Notes: generated by a model not told the origin, from the letters alone. 64,000 nt of DNA from Minisyncoccia bacterium (GCA_049304015.1 JBAQNS010000009.1:3228-67227), one strand, 5' to 3'. Shown: positions 30,630 through 40,179, counted from the stretch's first letter. Program-made: numbers and translations.

Positions 30630-30643
30630 GCTATGGCCGAGGG
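30617..30643. repeat. GC-rich palindromic element copy A (GCCTCGCCC-gtaggctat-GGCCGAGGG) overlapping the uvrA stop codon
   Basis: Seen directly. The imperfect inverted repeat supplies the last codons (..PRP-stop) of uvrA. Confidence 0.55.
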
Positions 30644-31056
30644 AAAGAAAAAAGCAGAGTGCTAGCTCTGCTACCCATCGACGAGTGTCTGCCCGTTGCC
30701 TATTCGGCGAAGTGGGAGATCAAGCTCGAGAGGGTAATTCGGCATGCTCCCGTCTTCGTGCACAAGATCAGATATGTGCACAAGAATCATGTAGAGCTCG
30801 AACCAATCGGATCGTTTCATTAGTTGTTACTCGCTCGATGCTGGTCGGGTTTCAGTCACTCCATCGCATCTCATCCTTGTATCTACGAGCGCTGAGTGAT
30901 CAGGAGTTGAAGTTCGAAGCATCAACAATGTTTCTCTGTTGAGCTCGCGAACAGTCTTCTTGGCTTTAGGTTCACCTTGGCCATCTTTTGCACATGGCAT
31001 TCAAAGCTCCGGCTGAGGGTTTGTGCGAAGTCTTTTATGATAGTAAGATAGAAACA

Positions 31057-32307
31057 ATGAACAGTCAAGACTACAAGAAAATAGCCTTACCTGATGCACC
31101 GGGGGTGTATTTTTTCCTCGGACTTAAAAATGCCTCGCCCAAAAGCCTACGGCCGAGGGAAATCTTATATATAGGCAAGGCTACTAGTCTAAAGGATAGG
31201 GTGAAGAGTTATTTCTCAAACGATCTCATAGATACTCGTGGACCAAGATTAGTTCAGATGGTAGAAAAAGCTCAAAATATTAAATTTATTGAGACTCAAT
31301 CTGTGCTCGAAGCACTTATACTTGAAGCCAGTCAAATCAAAAAACACCAACCATATTTTAATTCTAAGGAAAAAGATGATAAGAGTTATAACTATGTGAC
31401 CATTACCGATGAAGATTTTCCTCAAATATTTATCACACGTGGACAAGGTACTTATGGCCCCTTCCCAAATGGTAGTGAACTAAGAGAAGCTCTAAAGATA
31501 ATCAGACGAATATTCCCATATAGAGACAATAAGTGCACCATGAAGAAACCCCTCGGCCATAGCTCGGCCACGGGCGAGGCTTGCTTTAATTCGCAAATAG
31601 GTCTTTGCCCTGGTGTTTGTGCTGGTCTCATGAGCAAGAGAGATTATAGAAAGCGAATTAAGTACATCAAACTTTTCTTTGAAGCCAAGAAAGATTTACT
31701 TATAAAAAATATTGAGAAAGAAATGAAACAGTTAGCTAAATTAGAAAAATTTGAAGAAGCAGAAAAGCTGAAGAGAACATTATATGCTCTCGAACATATT
31801 CAAGATATTGCACTAATAAAAAGAGATATAGAGAGAGGAACTTTAGAGAATGCTTATAGAATAGAAGCCTATGACATTGCGCATTTATCAGGCAAAGATA
31901 CAGTTGGAGTGATGACTGTGGTATTAAATGGCGAATTAGCCAAAGATCAATACAGAAAATTTAAAATAATTGGACAAAATAAGAAAGTAAACATTGATGA
32001 TACTGCTAATCTAAGGGAAATAATTAGACGCCGTCTTGGACACGCAGAGTGGGCACTGCCAAATCTTATAGTCATAGATGGGAGCACCGCCCAGATAAAT
32101 GCAGCAAGGAGTGTATTAAAGGAAAGAGGATTTCTAATAGAGATAGTTTCAGTAGTAAAGGATGAAAGGCACAAGGCTAAGGACATGATTGGTCTAAAAG
32201 GCACTGTAGAAAAGTGGGGTAGATCAATTCTTCTAGCTAACTCTGAAGCACACAGGTTCGCCATAAATTTTCATCGCAAATTGCGAAGCAAGGGATTTAG
32301 GATATAA
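31057..32307 (+). CDS. uvrC: Excinuclease ABC subunit C (short form lacking C-terminal HhH2)
   Basis: GIY-YIG motif (PGVYFF...ILYIGKATSLKDRVKSYF) and the C-terminal RNase-H-like endonuclease region (LIVIDGSTAQINAA). Start taken at MNSQDYKK; the upstream in-frame extension lies in GC-rich non-genic sequence. Confidence 0.85.
   Translation: MNSQDYKKIALPDAPGVYFFLGLKNASPKSLRPREILYIGKATSLKDRVKSYFSNDLIDTRGPRLVQMVEKAQNIKFIETQSVLEALILEASQIKKHQPYFNSKEKDDKSYNYVTITDEDFPQIFITRGQGTYGPFPNGSELREALKIIRRIFPYRDNKCTMKKPLGHSSATGEACFNSQIGLCPGVCAGLMSKRDYRKRIKYIKLFFEAKKDLLIKNIEKEMKQLAKLEKFEEAEKLKRTLYALEHIQDIALIKRDIERGTLENAYRIEAYDIAHLSGKDTVGVMTVVLNGELAKDQYRKFKIIGQNKKVNIDDTANLREIIRRRLGHAEWALPNLIVIDGSTAQINAARSVLKERGFLIEIVSVVKDERHKAKDMIGLKGTVEKWGRSILLANSEAHRFAINFHRKLRSKGFRI
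31132..31159. repeat. GC-rich palindromic element copy B inside the uvrC GIY-YIG coding region (in-frame)
   Basis: GCCTCGCCC-aaaagcctac-GGCCGAGGG encodes ASPKSLRPR, a ~9-aa insertion relative to the canonical GVY...(I/L)Y(V/I)GKA spacing. Confidence 0.55.
31550..31580. repeat. GC-rich palindromic element copy C (reverse orientation) inside uvrC coding region (in-frame)
   Basis: CCCTCGGCC-atagctcggccac-GGGCGAGGC is the reverse complement of the A/B arms; it encodes PLGHSSATGEA. Confidence 0.5.
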
Positions 32308-32314
32308 TTTCTGC

Positions 32315-33307
32315 ATGGGTATTTCTTCTAATTCAAAAATCAAGGTAGCCGTTCTTCGAGGAGGACCTTCTCAGGATTATGATGCTTCACTCAAGACAGG
32401 TGAATACGTTCTTTATTTACTTAGAGAAAAATTAGAAAACTATGAACCGATAGATATTTTTATATCTAAGGATGGAGAGTGGCATCTAAAAGGAGTAAGG
32501 GTAGAACCTCATAAGGCACTCGAATATGCTGATATGGTTTTCAATGCTCTTCATGGCAAGTATGCCGACGAAGGCGGTGTACAGAAGATGCTTACTGCTA
32601 TGAACAAACCTTATACAGGTTCATCAGCTTTAGGTTCGGTGATGGCACTTAATAAAGATTTGGCCAAGAGTGCGTATTTGAATCATGGACTTTTCACTCC
32701 TCGCCACGAGATGGTGACTTCAGAAGATGAATTGGATAGATTAGTAGAAATTTTTAGAAATTATATGCATCCCTTGGTGATTAAACCAAATACAGAAAAT
32801 TCTAGAAGAGGTATAAAACTGGCATATACCTTCGAAGAGTTGGCTAAGTATATTGATGAAGCACTAGAATATTCTCCAAAGGTTATGGTTGAAGAATTTA
32901 TTAGGGGTAGGGAAGCACGATGTGGGGTGATAGAAGGCTTTAGAGGTGAAAAGTATTATGCCCTAGTCCCCGTAGAAGTGGTTACTCCAAGACGCAACAA
33001 AAGTTTGCCTGATTATGATTTGAAATTTAATTCTGTTCATGATTATTTGGATAAGAGTACTTTTACCCCCAGAGAGAACAAAGTTCTTGAACATGTAGCC
33101 AAAATGGCGCATGAAGCACTTGGATTGAGGCATTATTCTTGTACAGATTTAATTATGACTCCCCAAGGCAAGGTTTATGTTTTGGAGACAGGGACCTCAC
33201 CTGATTTATCCAAAAATTCCCTCTTTCACAAGTCACTTGAGAGCTTAGGAGCCTCCCCAGAGAGATTTTTGGAGCATATTTTGATATTGGCGCGCGAATC
33301 CAAATAA
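32315..33307 (+). CDS. ddl: D-alanine--D-alanine ligase
   Basis: ATP-grasp architecture with the N-terminal KVAVLRGGPS motif; 330 aa. Confidence 0.85.
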   Translation: MGISSNSKIKVAVLRGGPSQDYDASLKTGEYVLYLLREKLENYEPIDIFISKDGEWHLKGVRVEPHKALEYADMVFNALHGKYADEGGVQKMLTAMNKPYTGSSALGSVMALNKDLAKSAYLNHGLFTPRHEMVTSEDELDRLVEIFRNYMHPLVIKPNTENSRRGIKLAYTFEELAKYIDEALEYSPKVMVEEFIRGREARCGVIEGFRGEKYYALVPVEVVTPRRNKSLPDYDLKFNSVHDYLDKSTFTPRENKVLEHVAKMAHEALGLRHYSCTDLIMTPQGKVYVLETGTSPDLSKNSLFHKSLESLGASPERFLEHILILARESK

Positions 33308-33345
33308 CTTGCTATAATTGTTTTATTAAGAGTAACCATCAAAAA

Positions 33346-33567
33346 ATGCTTAATTTTGATATTCCCCCACAGGAACCAGTAAAAAAAGAAGGACCAGATA
33401 TAGAGAATCCAGATATTCCGTTTGTAAGATTTCCTGTTGAAGCTATAAAAAGAATGAAGGAGAAAGAGGGATTAACTGATGCAGAAATTTTGCAGAGAGC
33501 TAGAGATGCTGCTAGAGATATTATGCTGGCCAACGAAGAAAAAGATAAAAAAAGGAGAAGGGCCTAA
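33346..33567 (+). CDS. Hypothetical small protein (73 aa)
   Basis: ORF only; charged and low-complexity; no recognisable domain. Confidence 0.35.
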   Translation: MLNFDIPPQEPVKKEGPDIENPDIPFVRFPVEAIKRMKEKEGLTDAEILQRARDAARDIMLANEEKDKKRRRA

Positions 33568-33929
33568 TTTCCTTTTTTCCACTTAAAACCTTCCATAGTC
33601 ATCCCAACTCTGGTGATAACTACAAATCCAACAGCCCAAGCGATTGGGAGCCATGCTGGTATACCCATAAGTGATGCATCCTCCCAAAACTGTTTACGAG
33701 AGATTAGTCCTAGAACAATTTCTATAAAAGAACCTATTACTAATCCTAGTAAGAAAACCTTGTACTCGTTCTTATGAGTTTTAACTTTGAATATTAGGGC
33801 GGTGAACAAGATGGCAATAATAGTCAGGCTAAGTTCTGACATATGTGCCAAAGCTTTAAAAATAAAAAACATTATAAACAAAGCCAGAGGCACTACTACA
33901 TTTCCATTTTCTTTACTGAACAAATCCAT
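33564..33929 (-). CDS. Hypothetical 4-TM membrane protein
   Basis: Hydrophobic-helix profile; no recognisable motif. Confidence 0.5.
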   Translation of the reverse strand: MDLFSKENGNVVVPLALFIMFFIFKALAHMSELSLTIIAILFTALIFKVKTHKNEYKVFLLGLVIGSFIEIVLGLISRKQFWEDASLMGIPAWLPIAWAVGFVVITRVGMTMEGFKWKKGN

Positions 33930-33930
33930 T

Positions 33931-34006
33931 TGGTGGACCCTACCGGATTCGAACCGGTGACCTCCTCATTGCAAATGAGGCGCTCTACCAACTAAGCTAA
34001 GGGCCC
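33931..34006 (-). tRNA. tRNA-Ala (TGC), CCA encoded, with G3:U70
   Basis: Reverse complement is GGGCCCTTAGCTTAGTTGGTAGAGCGCCTCATTTGCAATGAGGAGGTCACCGGTTCGAATCCGGTAGGGTCCACCA: anticodon TGC, G3:U70 Ala identity pair, GGTTCGAATCC T-arm. Confidence 0.9.
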
Positions 34007-34069
34007 AAACTACTACAAGCGATAATAATAGTGGACAAAGGCCGAAAAATCAAGAAAATATAGTGTATT

Positions 34070-34140
34070 GGGCCTATAGTATAGTAGTAACACACGTCCA
34101 TGGCATGGACGAATCGCGGGTGCGATTCCCGCTAGGTCCA
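34070..34140 (+). tRNA. Non-canonical tRNA-like element, anticodon GGC (Ala-like, G3:U70), 71 nt, no encoded CCA
   Basis: GGGCCUA/UAGGUCC acceptor stem with G3:U70 and an anticodon stem-loop CGUCC-AUGGCAU-GGACG. The T-loop is UGCGAUU (G at the usual Psi55 position) and the D-arm is short/imperfect. Divergent to tRNA-Ala(TGC). Confidence 0.4.
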
Positions 34141-34153
34141 CTAATAAATAATT

Positions 34154-35011
34154 ATGAATATAGAAAATAAGCAAAATCAGGAGGGTCAAAATGAAAAAAA
34201 ATCAATAGAATTTCATCTTAAGGCAAGACTGGAGAAACCGGATATATATCCTACAAGGTTTCAAGTTCCTGATGATAAAGTTGATTGGGCAGTAGATTTC
34301 CCGGAATATAGTCCTGTTAGGTTCACAGCGGAAAAAGTTTTAATTGAGGCGCAAAAGCAAAATGGTTGGGCTGAGTCAGAAGATATAAGTGCAGTAAAAC
34401 AAAAACGAGAATTTCATAGTTATGAGGACGTCTTAAATTTTGATAAGAACGGCCTACCATTAAACCCTAGGGGTAGAACTGGAATAGAAGGTCGTGGTTT
34501 ATTAGGCAAGTGGGGAGCCAACTTTGCTGCTGATCCAATAGTCACTAGGCTCAATCCACAAACAGGTTTGCTTGAGATGCTAGCTATACAGAGGAATGAT
34601 AATGGTGAGTGGGCCATACCAGGAGGTATGGTGGACGAAGGGGAGTCGGCCACAGAAACTCTAAAGAGAGAGTTTAAAGAGGAAGTGGGAATTGATTTGG
34701 ATATGAGTGATGCTGTGGAAGTATACAAAGGCTATGTAGATGATCCAAGAAATACTGATAATGCTTGGATGGAAACAACAGCGCGACACAAACATCTACT
34801 TAGTGAATTAGCAGAAAGATTAAATCCTGAGGCAGGTTCAGACGCAAAGGACTTTCAGTGGCTTGCCTTGAATAAGGAAAGTATGAGCACCTTATATGCG
34901 AGCCACAGTGATTTAATTCGAAAGGCAATTAAGTCATTTTATGATAGAGAAAAAGATAACCTTTCTACAATAATGAGACAGCAACTAGAAGAAATATTGC
35001 TCATAAACTAA
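34154..35011 (+). CDS. Nudix hydrolase, NUDT9-like ADP-ribose pyrophosphatase
   Basis: NPRGRTGIEGRGLLGKWGANFAADPIVTR (the NUDT9-type N-terminal motif) plus the Nudix box GGMVDEGESATETLKREFKEEVG. Confidence 0.75.
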   Translation: MNIENKQNQEGQNEKKSIEFHLKARLEKPDIYPTRFQVPDDKVDWAVDFPEYSPVRFTAEKVLIEAQKQNGWAESEDISAVKQKREFHSYEDVLNFDKNGLPLNPRGRTGIEGRGLLGKWGANFAADPIVTRLNPQTGLLEMLAIQRNDNGEWAIPGGMVDEGESATETLKREFKEEVGIDLDMSDAVEVYKGYVDDPRNTDNAWMETTARHKHLLSELAERLNPEAGSDAKDFQWLALNKESMSTLYASHSDLIRKAIKSFYDREKDNLSTIMRQQLEEILLIN

Positions 35012-35031
35012 GCTAAACATATTGCAATTTA

Positions 35032-35223
35032 TTGACTGAGTGGTATAGTAGTCCAATGGATACAAATGAAAAAATAATAGGTTATTGCGTAAAATGCAAA
35101 GAAAAGAGAGAAATGAAGGATGTTAAAAAGGTTGAGATAAAGCCTGGACGTCCAGCAGCAAAAGGTACTTGTACCGTTTGTGGCACAGGAATGTACAAAA
35201 TCCTTCCTTCAGCAAAAAAGTAA
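35032..35223 (+). CDS. Small four-Cys zinc-ribbon protein (DUF5679-like)
   Basis: CVKCKEK ... CTVCGTG; 63 aa. Confidence 0.6.
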   Translation: MTEWYSSPMDTNEKIIGYCVKCKEKREMKDVKKVEIKPGRPAAKGTCTVCGTGMYKILPSAKK

Positions 35224-35245
35224 TTTAATAAAATAACGTTATTCA

Positions 35246-35272
35246 AAAAGACGGCTTGAGCCGTTTTTTTGT
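35246..35272 (+). terminator. Rho-independent terminator (GACGGC-ttga-GCCGT followed by T7)
   Basis: Seen directly, just after the zinc-ribbon gene. Confidence 0.65.
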
Positions 35273-35309
35273 TTGGAAAAATGACTAAGACTGAGTATAA
35301 TGGCTGTAT

Positions 35310-35534
35310 ATGGGAATCAAAAGCTTTTTCACCAGACAAATATTAAAATCCAAAATGAAGGGTGTGCCTGAGGCTCAGCAAGAGAAATTAATAAACGCCA
35401 TGGAAAGAAATCCAGAATTTTTCAAAATGATAGGGGAGGAGATAGAAGCTAAGAAGAAAGCCGGCAAATCAGAAATGGAAGCCTCTATGGAAGTGATGCG
35501 CAAACATCAAGCAGAATTTCAAAAGTTACTATGA
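35310..35534 (+). CDS. Hypothetical small helical protein
   Basis: ORF only (MKGVPEAQQEKLINAMERNPEFFKMIGEEIEAKKKAGK...); overlaps the next gene start by 4 nt. Confidence 0.35.
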   Translation: MGIKSFFTRQILKSKMKGVPEAQQEKLINAMERNPEFFKMIGEEIEAKKKAGKSEMEASMEVMRKHQAEFQKLL

Positions 35535-36118
35535 GTAGAAAAAGCAAAAAAGTTTTTATTTTGCTCGGACATCCAGACACAGATAGTTTGAACGGTACTT
35601 TGGCTAATGAATATGAACGTGGTGCAATGGAGAATGGTCATGAAGTAAGGAGAATGAATGTAGGGGAAATGATATTTGATCCAATGCTTCATCATGGTTA
35701 TAGATTAAGACAAGAACTCGAGCCAGACCTACTCTCCTTTCAAGAGAATATTAGATGGGCAGATCATTTTGTTATTATTTATCCTTCTTGGTGGTCTACA
35801 ATGCCTGCGAAGCTTAAAGGTCTATTTGATAGAGCTTGGTTACCTGGGTTCGCTTTTAATTTTCCTGAAAAAGGATTTTTATGGAAGAAACTAATGAAAG
35901 GTAAGTCTGCATCAATGATTATTACTTCTGATACAGCTCCAATTATTCAAAGAATTATTTTTGGTGATACTACGAATGAATTAAAAAAGGGTATCCTTTG
36001 GTTCGCTGGATTTGGACCTATTTATGTACACAAATTTGGTTATCTAAAACACTTTGGGATGTGGCGTAGAGAAAGGATGAAAAGAGCTGTGTATGATTTG
36101 GGCAGAAAATCTAAGTAG
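35531..36118 (+). CDS. Flavodoxin-like fold NAD(P)H-dependent oxidoreductase (KefF/NQO-like)
   Basis: KVFILLGHPDTDSLNGTLANEY...HFVIIYPSWWSTMPAKLKGLFDRAW is typical of the Flavodoxin_2 family. Confidence 0.75.
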   Translation: MSRKSKKVFILLGHPDTDSLNGTLANEYERGAMENGHEVRRMNVGEMIFDPMLHHGYRLRQELEPDLLSFQENIRWADHFVIIYPSWWSTMPAKLKGLFDRAWLPGFAFNFPEKGFLWKKLMKGKSASMIITSDTAPIIQRIIFGDTTNELKKGILWFAGFGPIYVHKFGYLKHFGMWRRERMKRAVYDLGRKSK

Positions 36119-36215
36119 TCTAAATTTCCAAGAAATGTTTGTTTATATGAATATTGTAATGGATTGAATAGTCCGTCGGCTTTGTTGTTATAGAAACCCT
36201 AAAAATAACAACAAT

Positions 36216-37922
36216 ATGAAATCATTAATAAAATCTGCTTATAACCCAATTGCAGTGGGAGTAATACTCGCTTCTGCTCTTTTTCTGTTCGCAAATAATG
36301 CCCTTGCTTATGCAAATCCCGCTGTAGTTAATCTTGGTGGAGCTGCAAACTTCGCAGTTCTATCTTCAACAGCAATTACTAATACTCCAGCTTCAGTCAT
36401 AACTGGGGATATTGGGGTTAGCCCAGCTGCAGCTACATTCATAACTGGCTTCACTTGTCCTGCTGTCACAGGAACTGTGCATGTAGTCAGTGCTGGTGGT
36501 CCCACTCTAGCATGTCAGACAATTGACCCCGCTTACCTTACTCCAACTGTTTTAGAGTACGAGGCTGCTTATAGTGATGCACAAGGAAGAACTGCTGATG
36601 CCACTATCACTACAGCACTTGATGGTCTTACATACACACCAGGTGTATACAGTGCAGCGAATCTTGATTTGAACAACGGCAGTAGTGTCACATTAGATTG
36701 TAGTAGTAATGCGAATGGCGTTTTCATTTTTCAAACAGCCGGACACCTAAATGTTGGCACGAGTGCTCATGTGAACATTGGTAGCTGTAATTCAGGGAAC
36801 ATTTTCTGGGTTGTTGCGGGTACTACTAACATCCTCGGAGGGACAGGCACAGAGTCTACATTTCAGGGTACAGTTCTTGGTGGCCAGGGCACAACAGAAA
36901 TATCCTTAGGCGTTGGTTCAACTATACTTGGAAGATTGATGAGCGATAAAACTATTTCACTACAAGGAAATATAATTACTGTACCCACGACTCCTCCAGT
37001 ACCTGGTCCAATATTCATTGATTTGAATACCAATGGAACTCTGGATTCAGGAGAACAATCATTCACTACTATCCAAGCAGCAATAACTGCAGCAACAATA
37101 GGAGATAAAATCATTCTTACTTCAGATATAACCACCACAGCACAAATTCTAATCAATAAAGCTCTTACAATTGATGGTCTTGGACATACACTATTTGCGA
37201 CAATAACTAGCGGGGCAAACTCAGCTATAACAATTAGTGCAAATGATGTCACTATTAAAAATCTTGTAGAAAATGGTACTGGAAGTACAGGTATTCATGG
37301 GTTCAATATTTATCAAGCAAGCAATGTAACTCTTGATGCTGTAACCGCTTCAAACAATAATAAATCTGGAATTACAGTAAACGGTTCAGTTGTAACAGTT
37401 AATAACATTAAAACAGCCGGTAATGCGTGGGGTGGTATCAATGTTGATTTGGGCAGTGGTGTTGTTGGTCCAGCTACACTCACAGTAAATGGCACCAGTG
37501 CTCACACTGAGGTTAACGCAGATATCTGGAAAGATGACAACGCAAAGATGAATGTGACAGTAGTAGATACCAACCATCAATATTCTAATTCAACTTATAC
37601 TCATGATGTAAGTATTGTTGGAACAAAATACAAACTTCTTGTAGCTGAGCAAACACCTCCAGAAGAAGTTGACACCACTCCTGCTGTGCCAGTTCCTGGA
37701 GGACACAGAAGGAATAATAATGCTGCTACACCATCACTACCATCACAGGCTTCTCCTGTCGCTGTAGGACGTGTCCTTGGTGCCTTCACTGGACCAGATG
37801 GCTCAAGTGAAACATCACTTCAAATCATTGCTATTAAAACTCAACTTGTTGGTCTAATCAGAGAGTTAATCGCAATGCTCCAGATACAACTACAAGCAGC
37901 TAAGGATGCTGGTCAGTACTAA
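36216..37922 (+). CDS. Secreted surface protein: DUF3494 (ice-binding-like) N-domain plus parallel beta-helix repeats plus conserved C-terminal heptad module
   Basis: Signal/TM N-terminus; LGGAANFAVLSSTAITNTPASVITGDIGVSPAAATFITGF matches the DUF3494 signature; NxxxNG beta-helix repeats; C-terminal QASPVAVGRVLGA...LQIIAIKTQLVGLIRELIAMLQIQLQ. Confidence 0.7.
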   Translation: MKSLIKSAYNPIAVGVILASALFLFANNALAYANPAVVNLGGAANFAVLSSTAITNTPASVITGDIGVSPAAATFITGFTCPAVTGTVHVVSAGGPTLACQTIDPAYLTPTVLEYEAAYSDAQGRTADATITTALDGLTYTPGVYSAANLDLNNGSSVTLDCSSNANGVFIFQTAGHLNVGTSAHVNIGSCNSGNIFWVVAGTTNILGGTGTESTFQGTVLGGQGTTEISLGVGSTILGRLMSDKTISLQGNIITVPTTPPVPGPIFIDLNTNGTLDSGEQSFTTIQAAITAATIGDKIILTSDITTTAQILINKALTIDGLGHTLFATITSGANSAITISANDVTIKNLVENGTGSTGIHGFNIYQASNVTLDAVTASNNNKSGITVNGSVVTVNNIKTAGNAWGGINVDLGSGVVGPATLTVNGTSAHTEVNADIWKDDNAKMNVTVVDTNHQYSNSTYTHDVSIVGTKYKLLVAEQTPPEEVDTTPAVPVPGGHRRNNNAATPSLPSQASPVAVGRVLGAFTGPDGSSETSLQIIAIKTQLVGLIRELIAMLQIQLQAAKDAGQY

Positions 37923-37967
37923 AAAAGCTATCAACAGTTTCTACACATGTTAGACACTTTGTCTACA

Positions 37968-37996
37968 TTGACACCTCTATATATAAGGCGTATACC
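37968..37996 (+). promoter_or_regulatory. Sigma70-like promoter TTGACA-17 nt-TATACC upstream of second beta-helix gene
   Basis: Seen directly; same -35/-10 hexamers as at 40151 and nearly the same as at 19690. Confidence 0.5.
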
Positions 37997-38084
37997 GAAA
38001 GCAACAACTTATTAGAGGTGTTTTTGTGTGTTAAGTTGCCTTAATCAAGTATTATTTAAATTAACTAGTATTAATAACATTAAA

Positions 38085-40085
38085 ATGAAATCTTTAATCA
38101 AATCAGCTTACAGGCTAACAGCCGTGGGTGGAATCCTCGCAGTAGCCTTCTTCGCTTTCGCGGGGAATGCGAAAGCGTATACTCAAGCAGACTTTGCAGC
38201 ATTTGATGGTGTTAATATCGGAACAAACAGTTATACGGTAAGTTCTGATATTACAGCGACATATATTAGTGGTACTGGTACTGAAACTGATCCAGTTAAG
38301 TTAACGTTAACAGGACATGCACCAATAATAACCCCATGGTTTGGCCAAAATTGGACAACGTATAACTATGTAGCAATAGGAATTAAACTACCGACGACAG
38401 GTTTTATTGGAACCCAAATAACTGGTGGAACTGCTGTATATCAAGCAGATGTGATGAGATATGATGATCTGACTAACTTTCCGAATGGCTATTACACAGT
38501 AGGATATGGAAGTATCCCATTGGCAACAGGAGGTGCCGCGCTCGGTTATTTGGACTATGAATTCGCAGCTAATTCAAATAATACTAAGAAAGACGGATTA
38601 GTTAAACTGAAAGTAATTTGGAATACAGATAGTGCACCCGAATATTTCACGATTGATATTAACGGCCTGCAATTAGATACCGCTACACACAAGTTTGTTT
38701 CTACTATTGGACAACTTACGTCAGCACTTGCTGCCGCAAATTCTGGCGACACAATTACACTAACCTCCAACATAACCACAAGTTCTGAGCTTGATATAAA
38801 CAAAGCTCTAACACTAGATGGTGCAGGACATAAATTAAGTGCTTCTTTTTTGAGAACAGATAATAGTAATAATTCTGCTATAGGAATTAAAAGTGTTGAC
38901 GGTGTAACAATAAAAAATCTTATAGTTGACGGAACAGGTGGGAGTTCAGTTTGGTTGAGTCAACTTCACGGGATAAATATATATTTATCAACAAATGTAA
39001 ACTTGAATGATGTAACAGCAATGAATTTTGGTGGTGCCGGCATTAATGTTAACGGTTCTTTAGTAACTGTAAACAACATCACAACATCAGGCAATTCATG
39101 GGGCGGTATTAATGTTGATAGACCAACAGTTACAAATACAACCACACTAACAGTAAATGGAATAAGTTCTCACAACGAAGTTAATGCTGCAATATGGAGA
39201 GATGATAATGCAAAAACAAACGTAACTGTTATAGATATGGATCACCAGTATTCTCAATCCACATATACTCATGATACAAATGTTGTAGGAACCTTGTGGA
39301 AGTTACTTGCAACAGGTCAAATTGTTCCAGAAAATGGTGAGGCTACAGTTACTCCAACAAATAAAGAAGTTGTTGTTACTGCAACGACACCAATCACGGT
39401 TAATCTGGGAAGTGTTGAAGACGCAACTATAAACTTTGATTCACTTATTACAAATGGAGAAGGAGTTATTCCTCAGACAACCATTATTTCAAATGTTGCA
39501 GAAGTAAAAATTGATGATGGTACAAAAGTCACTGCAACTGATACTAATTGGAATGGAGTGATGCAGGCACCAACAGCCGGTGATACATCAGGAACAGCTC
39601 CTGCCAGTTTCTCTGTTGGTAATACGGTTATTGAAATGGGTTCATCTCAATATACTCTGAACTTTGACAAGGCGGTGAAGATTACACTTCCTGGTGTCAC
39701 AGGTAGAGTTGGTTATAGACCAGCTGGTTCTACAGAGTGGCAGCTAATTACAACTCAGTGCACAAGTTCAACAGTTCCAGGTATCACCTCTGGTGAATGC
39801 TATGTTGCTGAAGGTGGAAATACTGTCATTTGGACTTACCACTTCACATCTTTTGGAGGACTAGAACCCATTTCTGTAAATAAATCTGGTGGAAGAAGTG
39901 GTGGAGGCAGAGCCACAATCTTACCTCCTCAAGCCTCTCCTGTAGCAGTAGGACGAGTACTCGGCGCAGAGACAGAAAATGCTGCAGCTGTAGCTCTACA
40001 GATTGCCTCCATTAAAGCTCAGTTAGCAGATTTGATTAGACAACTAATTACTCTTCTTCAAGCTCAGATAGATTCACAGAGATAA
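38085..40085 (+). CDS. Secreted parallel beta-helix surface protein (paralog) with conserved C-terminal heptad module
   Basis: Signal peptide MKSLIKSAY... (the same N-terminal 9 aa as the upstream gene); the beta-helix block NLIVDGTGGSS...GINIYLSTNVNLNDVTAMNFGGAGINVNGSLVTVNNITTSGNSWGGINVD is shared with the upstream gene; C-terminal QASPVAVGRVLGAETENAAAVALQIASIKAQLADLIRQLITLLQAQI. Confidence 0.7.
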   Translation: MKSLIKSAYRLTAVGGILAVAFFAFAGNAKAYTQADFAAFDGVNIGTNSYTVSSDITATYISGTGTETDPVKLTLTGHAPIITPWFGQNWTTYNYVAIGIKLPTTGFIGTQITGGTAVYQADVMRYDDLTNFPNGYYTVGYGSIPLATGGAALGYLDYEFAANSNNTKKDGLVKLKVIWNTDSAPEYFTIDINGLQLDTATHKFVSTIGQLTSALAAANSGDTITLTSNITTSSELDINKALTLDGAGHKLSASFLRTDNSNNSAIGIKSVDGVTIKNLIVDGTGGSSVWLSQLHGINIYLSTNVNLNDVTAMNFGGAGINVNGSLVTVNNITTSGNSWGGINVDRPTVTNTTTLTVNGISSHNEVNAAIWRDDNAKTNVTVIDMDHQYSQSTYTHDTNVVGTLWKLLATGQIVPENGEATVTPTNKEVVVTATTPITVNLGSVEDATINFDSLITNGEGVIPQTTIISNVAEVKIDDGTKVTATDTNWNGVMQAPTAGDTSGTAPASFSVGNTVIEMGSSQYTLNFDKAVKITLPGVTGRVGYRPAGSTEWQLITTQCTSSTVPGITSGECYVAEGGNTVIWTYHFTSFGGLEPISVNKSGGRSGGGRATILPPQASPVAVGRVLGAETENAAAVALQIASIKAQLADLIRQLITLLQAQIDSQR

Positions 40086-40104
40086 TTAGGATTAGATAAA
40101 TATT

Positions 40105-40132
40105 AAAAACTACCCTATTTAGGGTAGTTTTT
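40105..40132. terminator. Bidirectional-type terminator (CTACCCT-attt-AGGGTAG flanked by A5/T5)
   Basis: Seen directly. Confidence 0.6.
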
Positions 40133-40150
40133 ATATGCACTTTTTATCTA

Positions 40151-40179
40151 TTGACACACGGTGTTATTGAGAGTATACC
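40151..40179 (+). promoter_or_regulatory. Sigma70-like promoter TTGACA-17 nt-TATACC upstream of MBG gene
   Basis: Seen directly; it lies inside the annotated 5' extension of ORF 40151, so the true start is the ATG at 40193. Confidence 0.5.

Noticed and set aside
30685-30942. 85-aa plus-strand ORF in the uvrA-uvrC spacer
   Set aside because: It lies in a GC-rich islet, the sequence is not protein-like, and the uvrC in-frame upstream extension (30988-31056) is likewise non-genic.
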